Positions 38,357 through 48,683 of a DNA stretch of 64,000 bases are shown piece after piece; the stretch's first letter is position 1, and each line of letters begins with the position of its first letter. Below the pieces are notes generated by a model. That model saw only the letters and a program-made list of their open reading frames with translations, was not told where the DNA came from and searched no databases. The translations under genes and the position numbers were made by a program. Source of the stretch: Planctomycetota bacterium. GTDB lineage: Bacteria > Planctomycetota > UBA8108 > SXIK01. The stretch lies in contig CBDCXR010000004.1 of assembly GCA_965223845.1 (NCBI GenBank), forward strand, positions 1-64,000, in the 5' to 3' direction.

Positions 38357-40144
38357 CTAGCTCCCTTCCGCCTCCTTGAGCTTCCGCTCGAACCACGCGA
38401 CCCACAGGTTTCCCAGGGCGGCGGCGCTCCCGATCCCGTAGTGCTTTTCTAGCGCAGCCTCGACGTCCGCGGCGGGCTCGCTCAGAGACTCGCTGAAGCG
38501 GAGCCACGTCGCCGTCCCTCGCCTCGCGACGAGGTATTCGACGAGCGAGGCGCTCTGCGCGTAGAAGAGGTTGATCCGCCCGCCGGGGTAGGTTTCGGCG
38601 GCCAGGATGCGCTCGACGCGCAGGAGGGAGCGCTCGCGGAGCGCTTGCTGTGCGATTCGCCGGAAACGTCTCTGAGAGAACTCGGGCTCGCACCATACGG
38701 CGAATCCTTCGTTCAGCCAGAGGGGGAGCGCACGCGGGTATCCGAGCCGGTGTTGGAGGAGCGCGTGCGCGATTTCGTGGGGCAAGATCTCCGTGAGGAG
38801 CCCGTCCTGTTCGAGATAGCAGACGATGCGATTCTCGCTCAGCGAGCCGAGGCGCCGGACGACTTCGTGTGAGCCTCCGGCCCAGGCGACGTTGCCGTCG
38901 GCGCGGAGGTACTCCGCCCTCGTCGTGTAGAGATCGATTCCGATGCGAACGCGTGGGTGAGTCGTGCAGCCGAGGCGACGAAAGATCTCTCGGTACGCCT
39001 GTTCGGCGACGTCCGCGAGCTCGCGGACGGAAGCGAGGGGAGCGCGGTGCGAGATCTCGAAGCGGCGCGATCGGTAGCGTCCCTTCTCCACCGATTCGCC
39101 CGCGCGCTCGGCGGGCCTAGCGCCGGCGAGCGCACGTTCCGCACCGCGCCGGAGGTCGCGCACCGCCGCGACGAGGTCGCGCGGTCGCCGGGCGCCGCTG
39201 ATCGCGAGGTACTCTTCTGCCGCCGTGCGCTCCTCACCCAGCCCCTCGAGCCCGAGGGCGAGGAAGTAGCGAAGCCGGCGATCCCCCGGGGCGATGTCGA
39301 GAGCGCGCCGAGCCTCGGCGTGAAGCTCGGCGAACTTGCCGTCGCTCGCGAGCGGAGTGAGCGAGGGGATCGCGGCGTGGACGTATCGCGTTCGAATCGT
39401 AGCGGCGAGCTCCGGCTCGATCGACGCGGCGGCTTGGTAGCTCTCGATCGCGCGCTTCCAGTCCGATCCCGCGAGGGCGCGGTCTCCGCGCTGCACGTAG
39501 GCCGCGGCGAGATGGCCGCCGATCTCGCTCCGACGGTCGCGCCCCTGGTCGTAGAGACGCCCGAGGCGCACGATGGCGCCCTCGACGTTTCCCGCTTCGA
39601 GATCCGCGACGGCTCGGCGCTCGTCTCGACGCCTCGCGGTGACGATCTCGTCGAGCGTCTTCCGCTCCGCGATGACGGCTTGCTGCCGCGAGGGGTCCGT
39701 CGACGGATCGCGGCTGAGCTCGTCGAGGAGGGCTCGCGATTCGGTGAGACGGCCGATGTCGCGAAGATAGCTCGCCTGGTAGCGCCGAGCGGCGAAGAGT
39801 CCGGCCGCGGCGGGCTCCGATGTCGGTTCGCGGTCGAGCACGGATCGGTAGGCGGCGATCGCCTCGGCGTAGTCGCCTCGCTGGAGGCATTTGTCGGCCT
39901 CTTCGAGGAGATACTGGCCACGGTTCTGCCGCTCGATGCGCTCGATGCGCTTCCGCTGAATCTCGAGCGTTCCGCCGGGAAAGCGCACGACGATCCGGCG
40001 GCTGTTCTCAGCGAGAATCTCGCCGTGCACCTCGTTGCCGTTTTTGAGAACGATCACGTCCGCCGAGGAGCCGCCCGTCGCGCCGCAGGCGATCGCCGCG
40101 ACGAGCGCGATCCGGATCGAGAGTTCGCTTGGGGTGAGTCGCAT
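38357..40144 (-). CDS. Secreted TPR protein with C-terminal zinc metallopeptidase (Peptidase_MA-like)
   Basis: Signal peptide; DVIVLKNG domain; TPR helices; LPHEIAH..PLWLNEGFA..FYAQS. Start uncertain. Confidence 0.82.
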   Translation of the reverse strand: MRLTPSELSIRIALVAAIACGATGGSSADVIVLKNGNEVHGEILAENSRRIVVRFPGGTLEIQRKRIERIERQNRGQYLLEEADKCLQRGDYAEAIAAYRSVLDREPTSEPAAAGLFAARRYQASYLRDIGRLTESRALLDELSRDPSTDPSRQQAVIAERKTLDEIVTARRRDERRAVADLEAGNVEGAIVRLGRLYDQGRDRRSEIGGHLAAAYVQRGDRALAGSDWKRAIESYQAAASIEPELAATIRTRYVHAAIPSLTPLASDGKFAELHAEARRALDIAPGDRRLRYFLALGLEGLGEERTAAEEYLAISGARRPRDLVAAVRDLRRGAERALAGARPAERAGESVEKGRYRSRRFEISHRAPLASVRELADVAEQAYREIFRRLGCTTHPRVRIGIDLYTTRAEYLRADGNVAWAGGSHEVVRRLGSLSENRIVCYLEQDGLLTEILPHEIAHALLQHRLGYPRALPLWLNEGFAVWCEPEFSQRRFRRIAQQALRERSLLRVERILAAETYPGGRINLFYAQSASLVEYLVARRGTATWLRFSESLSEPAADVEAALEKHYGIGSAAALGNLWVAWFERKLKEAEGS

Positions 40145-40421
40145 CGAGTGTCCGGGATGCCTCGGGGAGTTCGAGGGTTTCGTCGGGAGAGCCATCTTCT
40201 CGTATCGGACGCAGGCGACCCCGGACTTCGTTCTTCCGGTAACGGCGTTTGAGTCTGGCGAGCGTCCCGTTCTCCATTCCGTTCGCGACAAACTGCATTT
40301 TTCTCTTTTCTCTCCCTCCTCGGACGGTGACGGTGGGCCGTCGGACCTGGTCGCAAACGGGGCCGCGATCGGGATGCCGGCCGCCCGGAGTTCGACCCTC
40401 GCTTAGCTTCGCCACTCTTTC

Positions 40422-41342
40422 ATGTCCGAAACCCAGCCGGGACGCGTCGTCCACAAGTCGAAGAATCAGGTTCGCGTCGACACAGCGGAGGGAGTCCTCG
40501 TCTGCTCGCTCCGCGGACGCTTCCGCGCGACCGGGGCGCGGCGCTCGCCGGTCGTCGTCGGTGATCGCGTGCTCGTCACTCCGACCACCGTGGGAGAGGG
40601 CGTCCTCGAGGAGATCCTGCCGCGATCGTCTCAGCTCACGCGCCGCACCGCCGGCAAGAAGGAGGTCATCGTCGCGGCAAACATGGAGCGGCTGATCGTC
40701 GTCCTTTCGGCGCGAGACCCCGGACCCCGATGGTCCGCGGCCGACCGCGTCATCGCCGCCGCTCACAGTCAAGGACTCGAGCCCGGCCTCGTCGTCAACA
40801 AGTGGGACCTCGTGCGGCACGATGGAGAGGCGGCGGCGGAGATCGCCGGTCGGCTCGCGATCTACGAGAGTCTCGACTACGCGGTGTTTCCGCTGAGCGC
40901 CCTCGACGGCGATGGGCTCGAGCCGCTCCGCGCGTGGCTCCGCGGTCGAGCCACGGTGTTCGCCGGTCACTCGGGAGTCGGGAAATCGACCCTTCTCAAT
41001 GCGCTCGACCCTGCGATCGCGGCCCAGACCGGCGCGGTGAGTACGCGAACGGGCAAAGGGAAGCACACGACGACCGCGGTCACGCTCTACTCTCTCCCGG
41101 CGGGGACGTACGTCGCCGACACGCCGGGGTTTCGCGAGTTTGCGCTCTGGGGCCTCGAGCCGGCTGAGGTCGGCCGCTACTACTCGGAGTTTCGCGCTCA
41201 CATCGGTCGCTGTCGCTTCGGCGACTGTCTCCACCGCGGCGAGCCGAACTGCGCGGTCCGGGCCGCCGTCGCGTCTGGGGAGATTTCTAAGTTTAGATAC
41301 GAAAGCTACTTACAGGTGGTTTCGGAGCTGGCCGACGGATGA
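40422..41342 (+). CDS. rsgA: Ribosome small-subunit-dependent GTPase RsgA
   Basis: NKWD, GHSGVGKS, GKHTTT, DTPG, CRFGDCLHRGEPNCAV. Confidence 0.96.
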   Translation: MSETQPGRVVHKSKNQVRVDTAEGVLVCSLRGRFRATGARRSPVVVGDRVLVTPTTVGEGVLEEILPRSSQLTRRTAGKKEVIVAANMERLIVVLSARDPGPRWSAADRVIAAAHSQGLEPGLVVNKWDLVRHDGEAAAEIAGRLAIYESLDYAVFPLSALDGDGLEPLRAWLRGRATVFAGHSGVGKSTLLNALDPAIAAQTGAVSTRTGKGKHTTTAVTLYSLPAGTYVADTPGFREFALWGLEPAEVGRYYSEFRAHIGRCRFGDCLHRGEPNCAVRAAVASGEISKFRYESYLQVVSELADG

Positions 41343-41531
41343 CGGGACGAACGCCGGCGGGGGTGGGAGAGTTCCGGTGCAGGTTCTGCCCGCGGCGTCC
41401 GTCTCTCTCATGGGGAAGGCGGTCGTTCGACGGCTCGCCGCCGGCGGCCGTCCCGCGGGCCCGCCGTGCGACCCGAACGCTCGGGATTCGCCCGGCCGGG
41501 CGCGCGGATTCTTCTGCGATTCGCCGCCGCC

Positions 41532-42134
41532 ATGGATGAGATCGAGGATCAGGTGCACGTCGCGTCGGCCAGGGCCGGGGAGCGCCGCGCATTCGAAGCG
41601 CTCGTCCGGAAATACACCCGCTTGGCGGGCGCGATCGCGTTTGGCGTTCTCGGTGACTACCAGCGAGCGGAGGATGTCGCCCAGGAGGCTTTTCTCAAAG
41701 CGTTTCAGTCCCTGCGACAGCTCCGCGACGGCAAGCGATTCAAGGCGTGGTTTTCGGGTATCGTCCGCTCGATCGCGATCGACCACCGCCGAGCGCGCGC
41801 CTCGCGTCTCCGTGCGGAGCAAGCCGAGCCGGTGATCGCCCGAGCGGGTCGCTCGTCGCCGAGCGCCGAAGAGACGCGGATCCACGAAGAGTCCCTCGAG
41901 GAGGTGCGAGGGTGCATCGCCGAGTTGCCGGAGGCCGACCGTACGGTCGTCGTCCTCAAACACCTAGAAGGACTTTCTTATCAGGAGATCGCCGAGTTGC
42001 TCGATGCGAGTGTGAGTGCGGTAGAATCCCGCCTCTTCCGAGCGCGGCGTGCGCTGCGCGAGCGCCTGGGCGCGCGTTCGCCCGGGGGCGAGAGCGGAGG
42101 CGCATCGCCGGACGACGGGCGGTCTCGACGATGA
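41532..42134 (+). CDS. ECF sigma factor
   Basis: AFEALVRKY, AEDVAQEAFLKAF, FKAW, GLSYQEIA..VESRLFRAR. Confidence 0.93.
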   Translation: MDEIEDQVHVASARAGERRAFEALVRKYTRLAGAIAFGVLGDYQRAEDVAQEAFLKAFQSLRQLRDGKRFKAWFSGIVRSIAIDHRRARASRLRAEQAEPVIARAGRSSPSAEETRIHEESLEEVRGCIAELPEADRTVVVLKHLEGLSYQEIAELLDASVSAVESRLFRARRALRERLGARSPGGESGGASPDDGRSRR

Positions 42135-42239
42135 ACGCGGAAACACGAAAGTGCGAACTCGAGCGCTCGCGGAGCGGGCGATTTACGGCGGTGGGTCAGA
42201 AACGGCGTCTCGCCGGGACGACCGAGGAGTGAGCTGAGC

Positions 42240-43337
42240 GTGGACGAGCAACCTAGGGTGAATTGCCGCGAAGTCGAAGAACGCCTCTGGCGCTACGTGG
42301 ATCGCGAGTTGCCGGTCGGCGAGCTCACCGCGGTGAGCGAGCACATCGACGACTGCTCGGAGTGCCGTCAGCTCTATCACGAGCAGGCTCGGGACGCGAA
42401 CCGTTGTCGCCGCGCCTTGGCAGAGAGCGCGCTCGGCCCGGCCGCATCCGACCGGATCCTCGGCGCCCTCGAGGGGGCGGGCGTCATCGGGACGACCGCT
42501 TCGCGAGTGTCGGGCCGGCGTGTGCGGGCGCGCTGGGCGATTGCGGCGCTCGTTCCGCTGGCGGTCGGCGTCCTCGCCTGGATGTTTTCGGGAGATCCGC
42601 CTCGACGGCGCCCGCCGCTCGGACTCGCCGAGTCCGCCGACGGGGTCGTCTGCGAGCGCGTGGACGGATCACTCGTCGACCTCTCCCGCCCGCTCGAGGT
42701 TCGGGCCGGCGATCTCTACTCGGTGCCGGAAGGAGTGGAGCTGCGCGTTCGACTCGAGAGCTCGGCCGGCGACGAGAACGCGCTCGTTGCGGTCCACGGC
42801 CCCGCGGAGTTCGAGCTCGAGACGGCCAGCGCTCCCGATCGCTTCTTCGCCATCCTCCACTCGGGAGTCGTCGATTCGACCGTTCGCCCGCGCGTCCGGG
42901 GGGAACCCTTCGAGATTCGCACGAACCTCGCGCTCGCGCGAGTCGTCGGGACGCGGTTTACGCTCGCAACGTTCACCGAGGCGGAGACGACGCTCGAGGT
43001 GAGCAGCGGCCAGGTGGAGTTTATCCCGCTGGGCGACGGGACCGAGGGGCGCGTCGAGCGCGTGACGCGCGAGTCGGGGCCGCGCGTTTTCCGCCAGCGC
43101 GTCGCCAGCGCGGTCGCGGATTCGCCGGGTGCCGTCGCGAGAACGGACGGCGGCGGCGGGGACCGATCGGAAGCGACGGCGAGCGACTCGGCGGCGGTCG
43201 GAGCTCCCGAACCGGGCGAGGCATCGCTCGACTCGGTCGGAGCCGGCGCGTTCGATGCCGGCGCGCGCGGTGGAGCATCCGGCACGCGTCCGCTCCTCGA
43301 TCAGCCGGTCGATCCGCGGCTCGATTCCGACGAGTAG
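42240..43337 (+). CDS. Anti-sigma factor: zf-HC2 + TM + FecR-like domain
   Basis: C..HIDDCSEC, TM helix, FEIRT..ARVVGTRF..LEVSSGQV. Confidence 0.85.
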   Translation: MDEQPRVNCREVEERLWRYVDRELPVGELTAVSEHIDDCSECRQLYHEQARDANRCRRALAESALGPAASDRILGALEGAGVIGTTASRVSGRRVRARWAIAALVPLAVGVLAWMFSGDPPRRRPPLGLAESADGVVCERVDGSLVDLSRPLEVRAGDLYSVPEGVELRVRLESSAGDENALVAVHGPAEFELETASAPDRFFAILHSGVVDSTVRPRVRGEPFEIRTNLALARVVGTRFTLATFTEAETTLEVSSGQVEFIPLGDGTEGRVERVTRESGPRVFRQRVASAVADSPGAVARTDGGGGDRSEATASDSAAVGAPEPGEASLDSVGAGAFDAGARGGASGTRPLLDQPVDPRLDSDE

Positions 43338-43354
43338 CGCCCTGCGGAACCGAC

Positions 43355-44434
43355 TCAGCGCGATTTCTTCGCCGGGCGCTTCCTGCGCCCTGTCTCGCGC
43401 GGCTGAAAGACGAGGACGCCGTCGAAGAAGTAGTAGTAGCGGCTCTCGCCGTAGACCCACTGGTCGAACTCGTCGCCCTCGTGAGCCTTGCGGTAGACGA
43501 ACTCGGGGAATCCGAGAGCGAGGCACACCTCCTGGCGATTCATGCCGACGACGACGCTCCGCTTTTCGGCGAGGCTGCGGTACTCGCGCTCGGTTCGATT
43601 GCGGAGGAGCGCGACCGCGTCGCGGTTCTTGCTGCTGAAGATGCGCAGAGCTTCCGTGTAGTGGCGCTCTCGCGGCGACATCCACTCGCCGTCGTGAAGC
43701 ACGAAGCCCTCGAGCTCGCGGTGTTCCTCGCGCGTGACCCAGCGGCCGCGGTACTCGCGGCAGCCCCACCTCTCGAGCCGCGAGACGAGCGCCGGATCGC
43801 CGCCGTGAGACGAGGCGATCTTTTGCACGAGATCCCGGCACAGCGCCGAGTCTTGCGAGAGCGTGTAGATTCGGTCGACGACGGCGAGCGTTTCGGTGAG
43901 CGCGTCGGCGTCCGCGCTTAGAGTCTCCACGGCGGCGGTAAACGCCTTCCGGGAGAGTGTGAGGAGCCTTTCGTCGCCGCCGGCCGAGCGAGCTTCTGCG
44001 ATGCGTCGACCGAGGTCGATGAATCGTGGCGGGGCTGGACGCGGCATCGCTTCGAGCATTCCGTCTAGCTCGTGAGTAAAGAGCTCGAGGTCACCGGGCG
44101 CGCGGGCCAGGCGATCGACGCGGACGGCGATGCCGTCGATCGATCGCTCGATGCGTCCTTCGAGCGTCAAGTTGTCTTTCTTGGGAGTGAAGTCGAGGAG
44201 AGCTTGCTGGTGCGCCTTCTCGAGTGTGAACGTGAGGTCGCAGTCGAAAAGATGGAGTTGATCGTCGATGAGCTCTCGGTACTTGCCGGTGACGCGAACG
44301 CGTTCGCCGAGCTCGAACGACGCATGATTGAGCTCGGCGCAGCGAAGTCCGAGCTCGACGTCGTTCGCGACGCCGGTCGAACCGGCGGCGGACGTGCAGA
44401 GAAGAACGAGGATGATCGGGGATCGGCGCATCAT
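43355..44434 (-). CDS. Secreted hypothetical protein with BamE/SmpA-like C-terminus
   Basis: ATGA overlap with the upstream gene; signal-like N-terminus; GRWVT/GEWMS repeats; GMNRQEVCLALGFP..QWVY..YYFFDGVL. Confidence 0.7.
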   Translation of the reverse strand: MMRRSPIILVLLCTSAAGSTGVANDVELGLRCAELNHASFELGERVRVTGKYRELIDDQLHLFDCDLTFTLEKAHQQALLDFTPKKDNLTLEGRIERSIDGIAVRVDRLARAPGDLELFTHELDGMLEAMPRPAPPRFIDLGRRIAEARSAGGDERLLTLSRKAFTAAVETLSADADALTETLAVVDRIYTLSQDSALCRDLVQKIASSHGGDPALVSRLERWGCREYRGRWVTREEHRELEGFVLHDGEWMSPRERHYTEALRIFSSKNRDAVALLRNRTEREYRSLAEKRSVVVGMNRQEVCLALGFPEFVYRKAHEGDEFDQWVYGESRYYYFFDGVLVFQPRETGRRKRPAKKSR

Positions 44435-47400
44435 AGGAGATCGAAGACGAGGAAGCGGCCGTTCGCGCTGGGAACGTAGATTTGGCGACGATAGACGAGG
44501 GGGGAAGAACGAATGGGTGTTCCGGTGTCGAAGGTCCAGAGCGTCTCGAGCGAGTCGGCATCGAGAGCGAAGAGACGCCCGCCATCGACGCACGCGTAGA
44601 GAACTTCTTCGTGGAGGGTGAGACCGGCGATGGGCGTCTTATCGATCGTGCGGTCATCCCGAATCGCGCCGGTTTTCGGATCGAGCTCGACGATGCGACC
44701 TCGAGCTGTCCCGGCGTGCACCGTGTCGCCGACCGCGATGAGCGGGGCGCTCACGGGCGATTCGAGCGGTGTCGACCAGAGCGGCCGACGATTCCCCGAA
44801 TCGAGAGAGAGGCCCTGGATGCGACCGTCGTTGCCGGCGACGACGACGATCGAGGAGACGACGACGGGCGAGTGATCGACACTCGCGCGGACGTCGACGC
44901 GCTTCTCGAGCGACTTGCTCGGTAGGTGAAAGAAGTAGACGCCGTTGTCCGAGCTCGCGGCGATGAGCTTCGAGCCGTAGAACACCGGGCTCGCCTTGAT
45001 CGAGTTCTCCGTCGCGAACGTGGCGGCGATCGTCTTGGCGCGATTGTCGATGAGGGAAATCGACCCGCGCGTGGTGCCGATCGCGACCCAACGACCGTCG
45101 GCCGAGATCGCGGGGGCAGCGAGGACGCTGCCGTCGAGTCGGACCACCCAGCGCGATTTCTTGTTGAGAGTGGAGATCGCCGTCGCCTCGCCGGCAACGG
45201 TGGCGAGGTACACCTCGCTACCGTGAACAGCGAGATCAGAGACGCGATCGCCGAACCGTCCCACGGTCCTCTTCCAGTCGGCGGTCTTTCCGCGCGCGGG
45301 ATCGATCCCGTAGAGGTTGCCGTCGCGCGAAACCGCGATCAGCCGGTTCTTTGCGATCAGCGGCTGCTGTTCGAGTGCGATGGCGGGATGGAACTCGCGG
45401 CTCGGAGTTCGCTCGAGACGGATCACGACATCGACCTGGTCGACGAGCTCGAGGGTCATTCTTACCGTCTTACATCCCTTGAGCGCCGCCGTGATCTCGA
45501 GCTCTTCGCCCGGGAGGTACTGCACGATCCAAGGGGTCTCGCGGCGGCTCTCTTCCACTCGGGTCTCCTCCGCGACCGTGACCGATCTCTTTACGAGGAG
45601 ACTGGCGCCGGGGGGGGAGGAGGAGATCCTGAGCGGCAGTGGGAGCTCCGCGGCTTCGGCGATGCTCGTGAACTGCGTGCGCATTGCGGTGGCTAAGTCG
45701 TGAGCCGCCTGAAGTTCCCCGTCTCTCAGGAGGACCTCGAGCTGCTCGACGCCGGCACGGAACTCCTCCCGTCGACGCCGTCGTTCTTCGTTCTGCTGTT
45801 CGATGCGGCCCCGCTCCGCGTGCTTGACGGTCGCGACTCGCGCGGCCTCGAACGCGGAGATGCGCTCGATTGCGGCGTGAGCGTCGGCGGCGCGCGTGCT
45901 GAGGCTGTATCTCTGGATCACTTCCTCGTAGCGCTCTTTTGCTTCGCTGAAGTCGAGAGAGATCCGCGAGACTTCTTCCAGGCGCATCGCGGCGTTGTAG
46001 AGCTCGCGCGCCTTCCACTCGTAGACGATCGGGACGAGAAGAAGTACCGCGGCGATCGAGCCGCTGATCGCGAGGATCTTGAGCCGGCGCTTCTTCCGAG
46101 CCTCGAGCTGGTCGATCTTCGCCTGAGTCGCGCTGATCCGCTGCTTGAGCTCGACGTTCTTCGGCGCCAGATTCTGAAGAATGCGCAGGATCTTCAGCAG
46201 ATCCCGGTGCTTCCCCTGCTCTTCGAGCGCTGCCGCCACGCTCTCGAAGTACTCCGCCGCTTTCTCGATCTCGTCGGCCTTCTGGTAGAGCGTGCCGATC
46301 TCGATCATCAAGTTGAGATCGTCGGGGTCGAGCTCGATCACGGCGCTCAGCACGGCGGCCGCCTCGTCGAGCTGGCCGTCGCGCTGGAGCCGCCGTGCGA
46401 GACCGGTCGCAACCGTCGAGCTGCGCTCGACGTCGCGGCGAGAGAGCACGTGGTCGTAGAGCGCGCGGAGCTGATCGACGCTCAGCAGTCGTTCGGAGGC
46501 GGTGAGCTGATCGGCCAGCTTGTCGGCGAGATCGCTCGACGGGTCGTCGCGAGTGAGCTCGAAGGCGCGGAAGAGACACTCGCGTGATTCGTCGTCCTTG
46601 TCTGCCTCAGCGAGCGAATGGCCGAGACGGACCCAGATCCGCGGATCGTTCGGGGCCAGTCGCGAAGCGAAGCGGAGAAAGCGAGTCGCGGCGTTGCCGG
46701 TTCGAGCGCGCTGGTGCGCCTCGGCGCCGGCCAGGCATTCTTCGACCGTGAGCGGCCGGATCGATCCCTCGGTGAGGCGATCGACGAGGCACTTGCACAG
46801 CTCGAAGCGCGTGCCGTAGTAGAACTCCTCGAGGTCGCGGACGGAGCGTTCGCCGTCGATCTTTTCGAAGAAGGAGGCGTTGAGCTCGTCCCCCGACTGC
46901 TCTGGGGTTCCCGTCGCGACGAGGATGACGTCGAACGTCGGGATGTGCTGGCGGATGACTTGCCACTCGTCGACGCGCCGGAGCCCCTCCATGATGACGC
47001 TGTTCGTGTTGACCGCGGCCGAGGTCGTCTTCTGCAGGTCGTCGAAGAGCTCTTCCGGGCAGTGGTCGATCTCGAACTCGAAGTGTCCAGAAGTCCAGAG
47101 GAAGAGGTCGAAGATCTCTTCCTGGATTTTCATCGTCAGCGCGCGATCGATGTCCTCCTTCGTGACCAGTCCCTTGCGGAGAAGGGCGAGACCGATCGAT
47201 CCGTGCGTCAGCTCTTCCCGCGTGCGGATCTCGGATAGATCGTCCGCGGTGATGAGCTGCATGCGAACGAGAGCCGGGCCGACTTGAAGCTCTTCCGGCT
47301 TGCCGGTGGAGAATTTGCGGATGTTGCCCTGGGCGAAGTAGATCAGCCGCTGGTCACCCTCCGGCCCGACGAGCTTGAGGGTGCCGGTGTGGTTGTTGAT

Positions 47401-47457
47401 GGCGAGCGACTGCAGAATCTCGCCGAGGCTGAAGCTGGAAAGGTCGCCCTTGAGCAT
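44431..47457 (-). CDS. Trans-membrane protein: DUF4388 (MshEN-like insert), TPRs, TM helix, PEGA-like domain, PQQ beta-propeller
   Basis: MLKGDLSSFSLGEILQSL..TGTL, DLFLWTSGHFEF, MEGLRRVDEW, TPRs, TM, ISSSPPGA, propeller blades. Confidence 0.85.
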   Translation of the reverse strand: MLKGDLSSFSLGEILQSLAINNHTGTLKLVGPEGDQRLIYFAQGNIRKFSTGKPEELQVGPALVRMQLITADDLSEIRTREELTHGSIGLALLRKGLVTKEDIDRALTMKIQEEIFDLFLWTSGHFEFEIDHCPEELFDDLQKTTSAAVNTNSVIMEGLRRVDEWQVIRQHIPTFDVILVATGTPEQSGDELNASFFEKIDGERSVRDLEEFYYGTRFELCKCLVDRLTEGSIRPLTVEECLAGAEAHQRARTGNAATRFLRFASRLAPNDPRIWVRLGHSLAEADKDDESRECLFRAFELTRDDPSSDLADKLADQLTASERLLSVDQLRALYDHVLSRRDVERSSTVATGLARRLQRDGQLDEAAAVLSAVIELDPDDLNLMIEIGTLYQKADEIEKAAEYFESVAAALEEQGKHRDLLKILRILQNLAPKNVELKQRISATQAKIDQLEARKKRRLKILAISGSIAAVLLLVPIVYEWKARELYNAAMRLEEVSRISLDFSEAKERYEEVIQRYSLSTRAADAHAAIERISAFEAARVATVKHAERGRIEQQNEERRRRREEFRAGVEQLEVLLRDGELQAAHDLATAMRTQFTSIAEAAELPLPLRISSSPPGASLLVKRSVTVAEETRVEESRRETPWIVQYLPGEELEITAALKGCKTVRMTLELVDQVDVVIRLERTPSREFHPAIALEQQPLIAKNRLIAVSRDGNLYGIDPARGKTADWKRTVGRFGDRVSDLAVHGSEVYLATVAGEATAISTLNKKSRWVVRLDGSVLAAPAISADGRWVAIGTTRGSISLIDNRAKTIAATFATENSIKASPVFYGSKLIAASSDNGVYFFHLPSKSLEKRVDVRASVDHSPVVVSSIVVVAGNDGRIQGLSLDSGNRRPLWSTPLESPVSAPLIAVGDTVHAGTARGRIVELDPKTGAIRDDRTIDKTPIAGLTLHEEVLYACVDGGRLFALDADSLETLWTFDTGTPIRSSPLVYRRQIYVPSANGRFLVFDLL

Positions 47458-48071
47458 GGTCCGTTCGCAACTCGAGCGTGCCGATGGCAGCCAAACGAGT
47501 CGTCGCGATCGACGCCGACTCGACCGAGCGCCGTGTCGACGGTCCGCTCGATCGTACGTCTGCCTCAAGCGCGCCGATCGCTGCCGAAGGCGCTCCGGGA
47601 TGAGCTTTGGATCTAAATCGGGAAGGTGAATCCGTGACGGTAGTTCCCGCGACGGATCGCCCTTTCGCGAGACTGCACGAGGCAATTCGCTGTGCGCGAG
47701 CCCCTACGCTGTGAATATCGTCGGCGGCTCGGGGATTCCTTGTCGGGAAACCGAAAGACGACTTATCGGCACGGTGATCTCTGTGGCTGTCGCCGTCGGG
47801 ACTCGGAGAGGCTTGCTCGCACCGACGCAGCGAACTACGCATTTGTTCGTGAGTTTCGCCGGCGTCCCGCGGAACTTCTTCGGAACGCATGCGGACTCTT
47901 CATGCGTTTCTGCTACCGCGCGCGGCGTCGGCAACTGGTGAGAATGCCCCGTTCAACTCACGAGCATCGGGCCGACTTGTCCCTCGGGTCCCGGGCATCG
48001 TAGGTTTGGATACGGACCGACAGCGGGTTCGTCAGCATTTTGAAGTTCGCGATCCACTGGGGCGTCTCTCG

Positions 48072-48638
48072 ATGTCACGTTTCGACGAGAATCTCTTCCG
48101 CCGCATTGCCGTTTACAACAATTACATCAGCAAAGCGCAGCTCGAAGAGTGCCTGCGCGAGCAGCAGGACTGCGGTGGCAAGCGACCCCTGTCCGAGATC
48201 CTCCAGGAGAAGGGATATCTCGCGGAGGAACAGCTCGCTTCGATCCTCGACGTTCGGCGAAAGAAACTCCGCAAGTATCTGCGGAGCCCGAAGGAGGCGC
48301 AGGAGAGTGATCGGACCTTCGGGCAGATCGCACTCAACGAAGGACTCGTCGACCTCGAACAGCTCGAGGACGCCCTTCTAGAGCAAGAGCGGCTCGCGCG
48401 CCTCAATCTGCGGTTCCGCGTCGGCGAGATCCTCGTCGCGAAGAAGATCCTCTCCGCCGAGGACGTCCTCGCGGTTCTCTCGAAGCAGGGAAAGAGGATC
48501 CTTGTTTGTCCGGCGTGCGAGAGTCACTTCAACGTCGCCGAGTTCGAGGAATCTGCGTCGTATCGGTGCGCGAAGTGTGAAGAGCGACTGGAAGTGCCGA
48601 AATACCTCGACTCGGTCGCAGTCGACGCGGTGCTGTGA
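48072..48638 (+). CDS. Four MshEN-like motifs plus C-terminal zinc ribbon
   Basis: LSEILQEKGYL, FGQIALNEGLV..QLEDALLEQ, RVGEILVAKKIL; CPAC..CAKC. Confidence 0.8.
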   Translation: MSRFDENLFRRIAVYNNYISKAQLEECLREQQDCGGKRPLSEILQEKGYLAEEQLASILDVRRKKLRKYLRSPKEAQESDRTFGQIALNEGLVDLEQLEDALLEQERLARLNLRFRVGEILVAKKILSAEDVLAVLSKQGKRILVCPACESHFNVAEFEESASYRCAKCEERLEVPKYLDSVAVDAVL

Positions 48639-48683
48639 TCAGGACGATGCCGCGCGGAAGCGGACGGTGAACGGAGCAGTCGG

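Noticed and set aside
47458-48071. Long intergenic gaps (also 54817-55489) as ncRNA genes
   Set aside because: No recognisable tRNA, tmRNA, RNase P, SRP or riboswitch signature by eye
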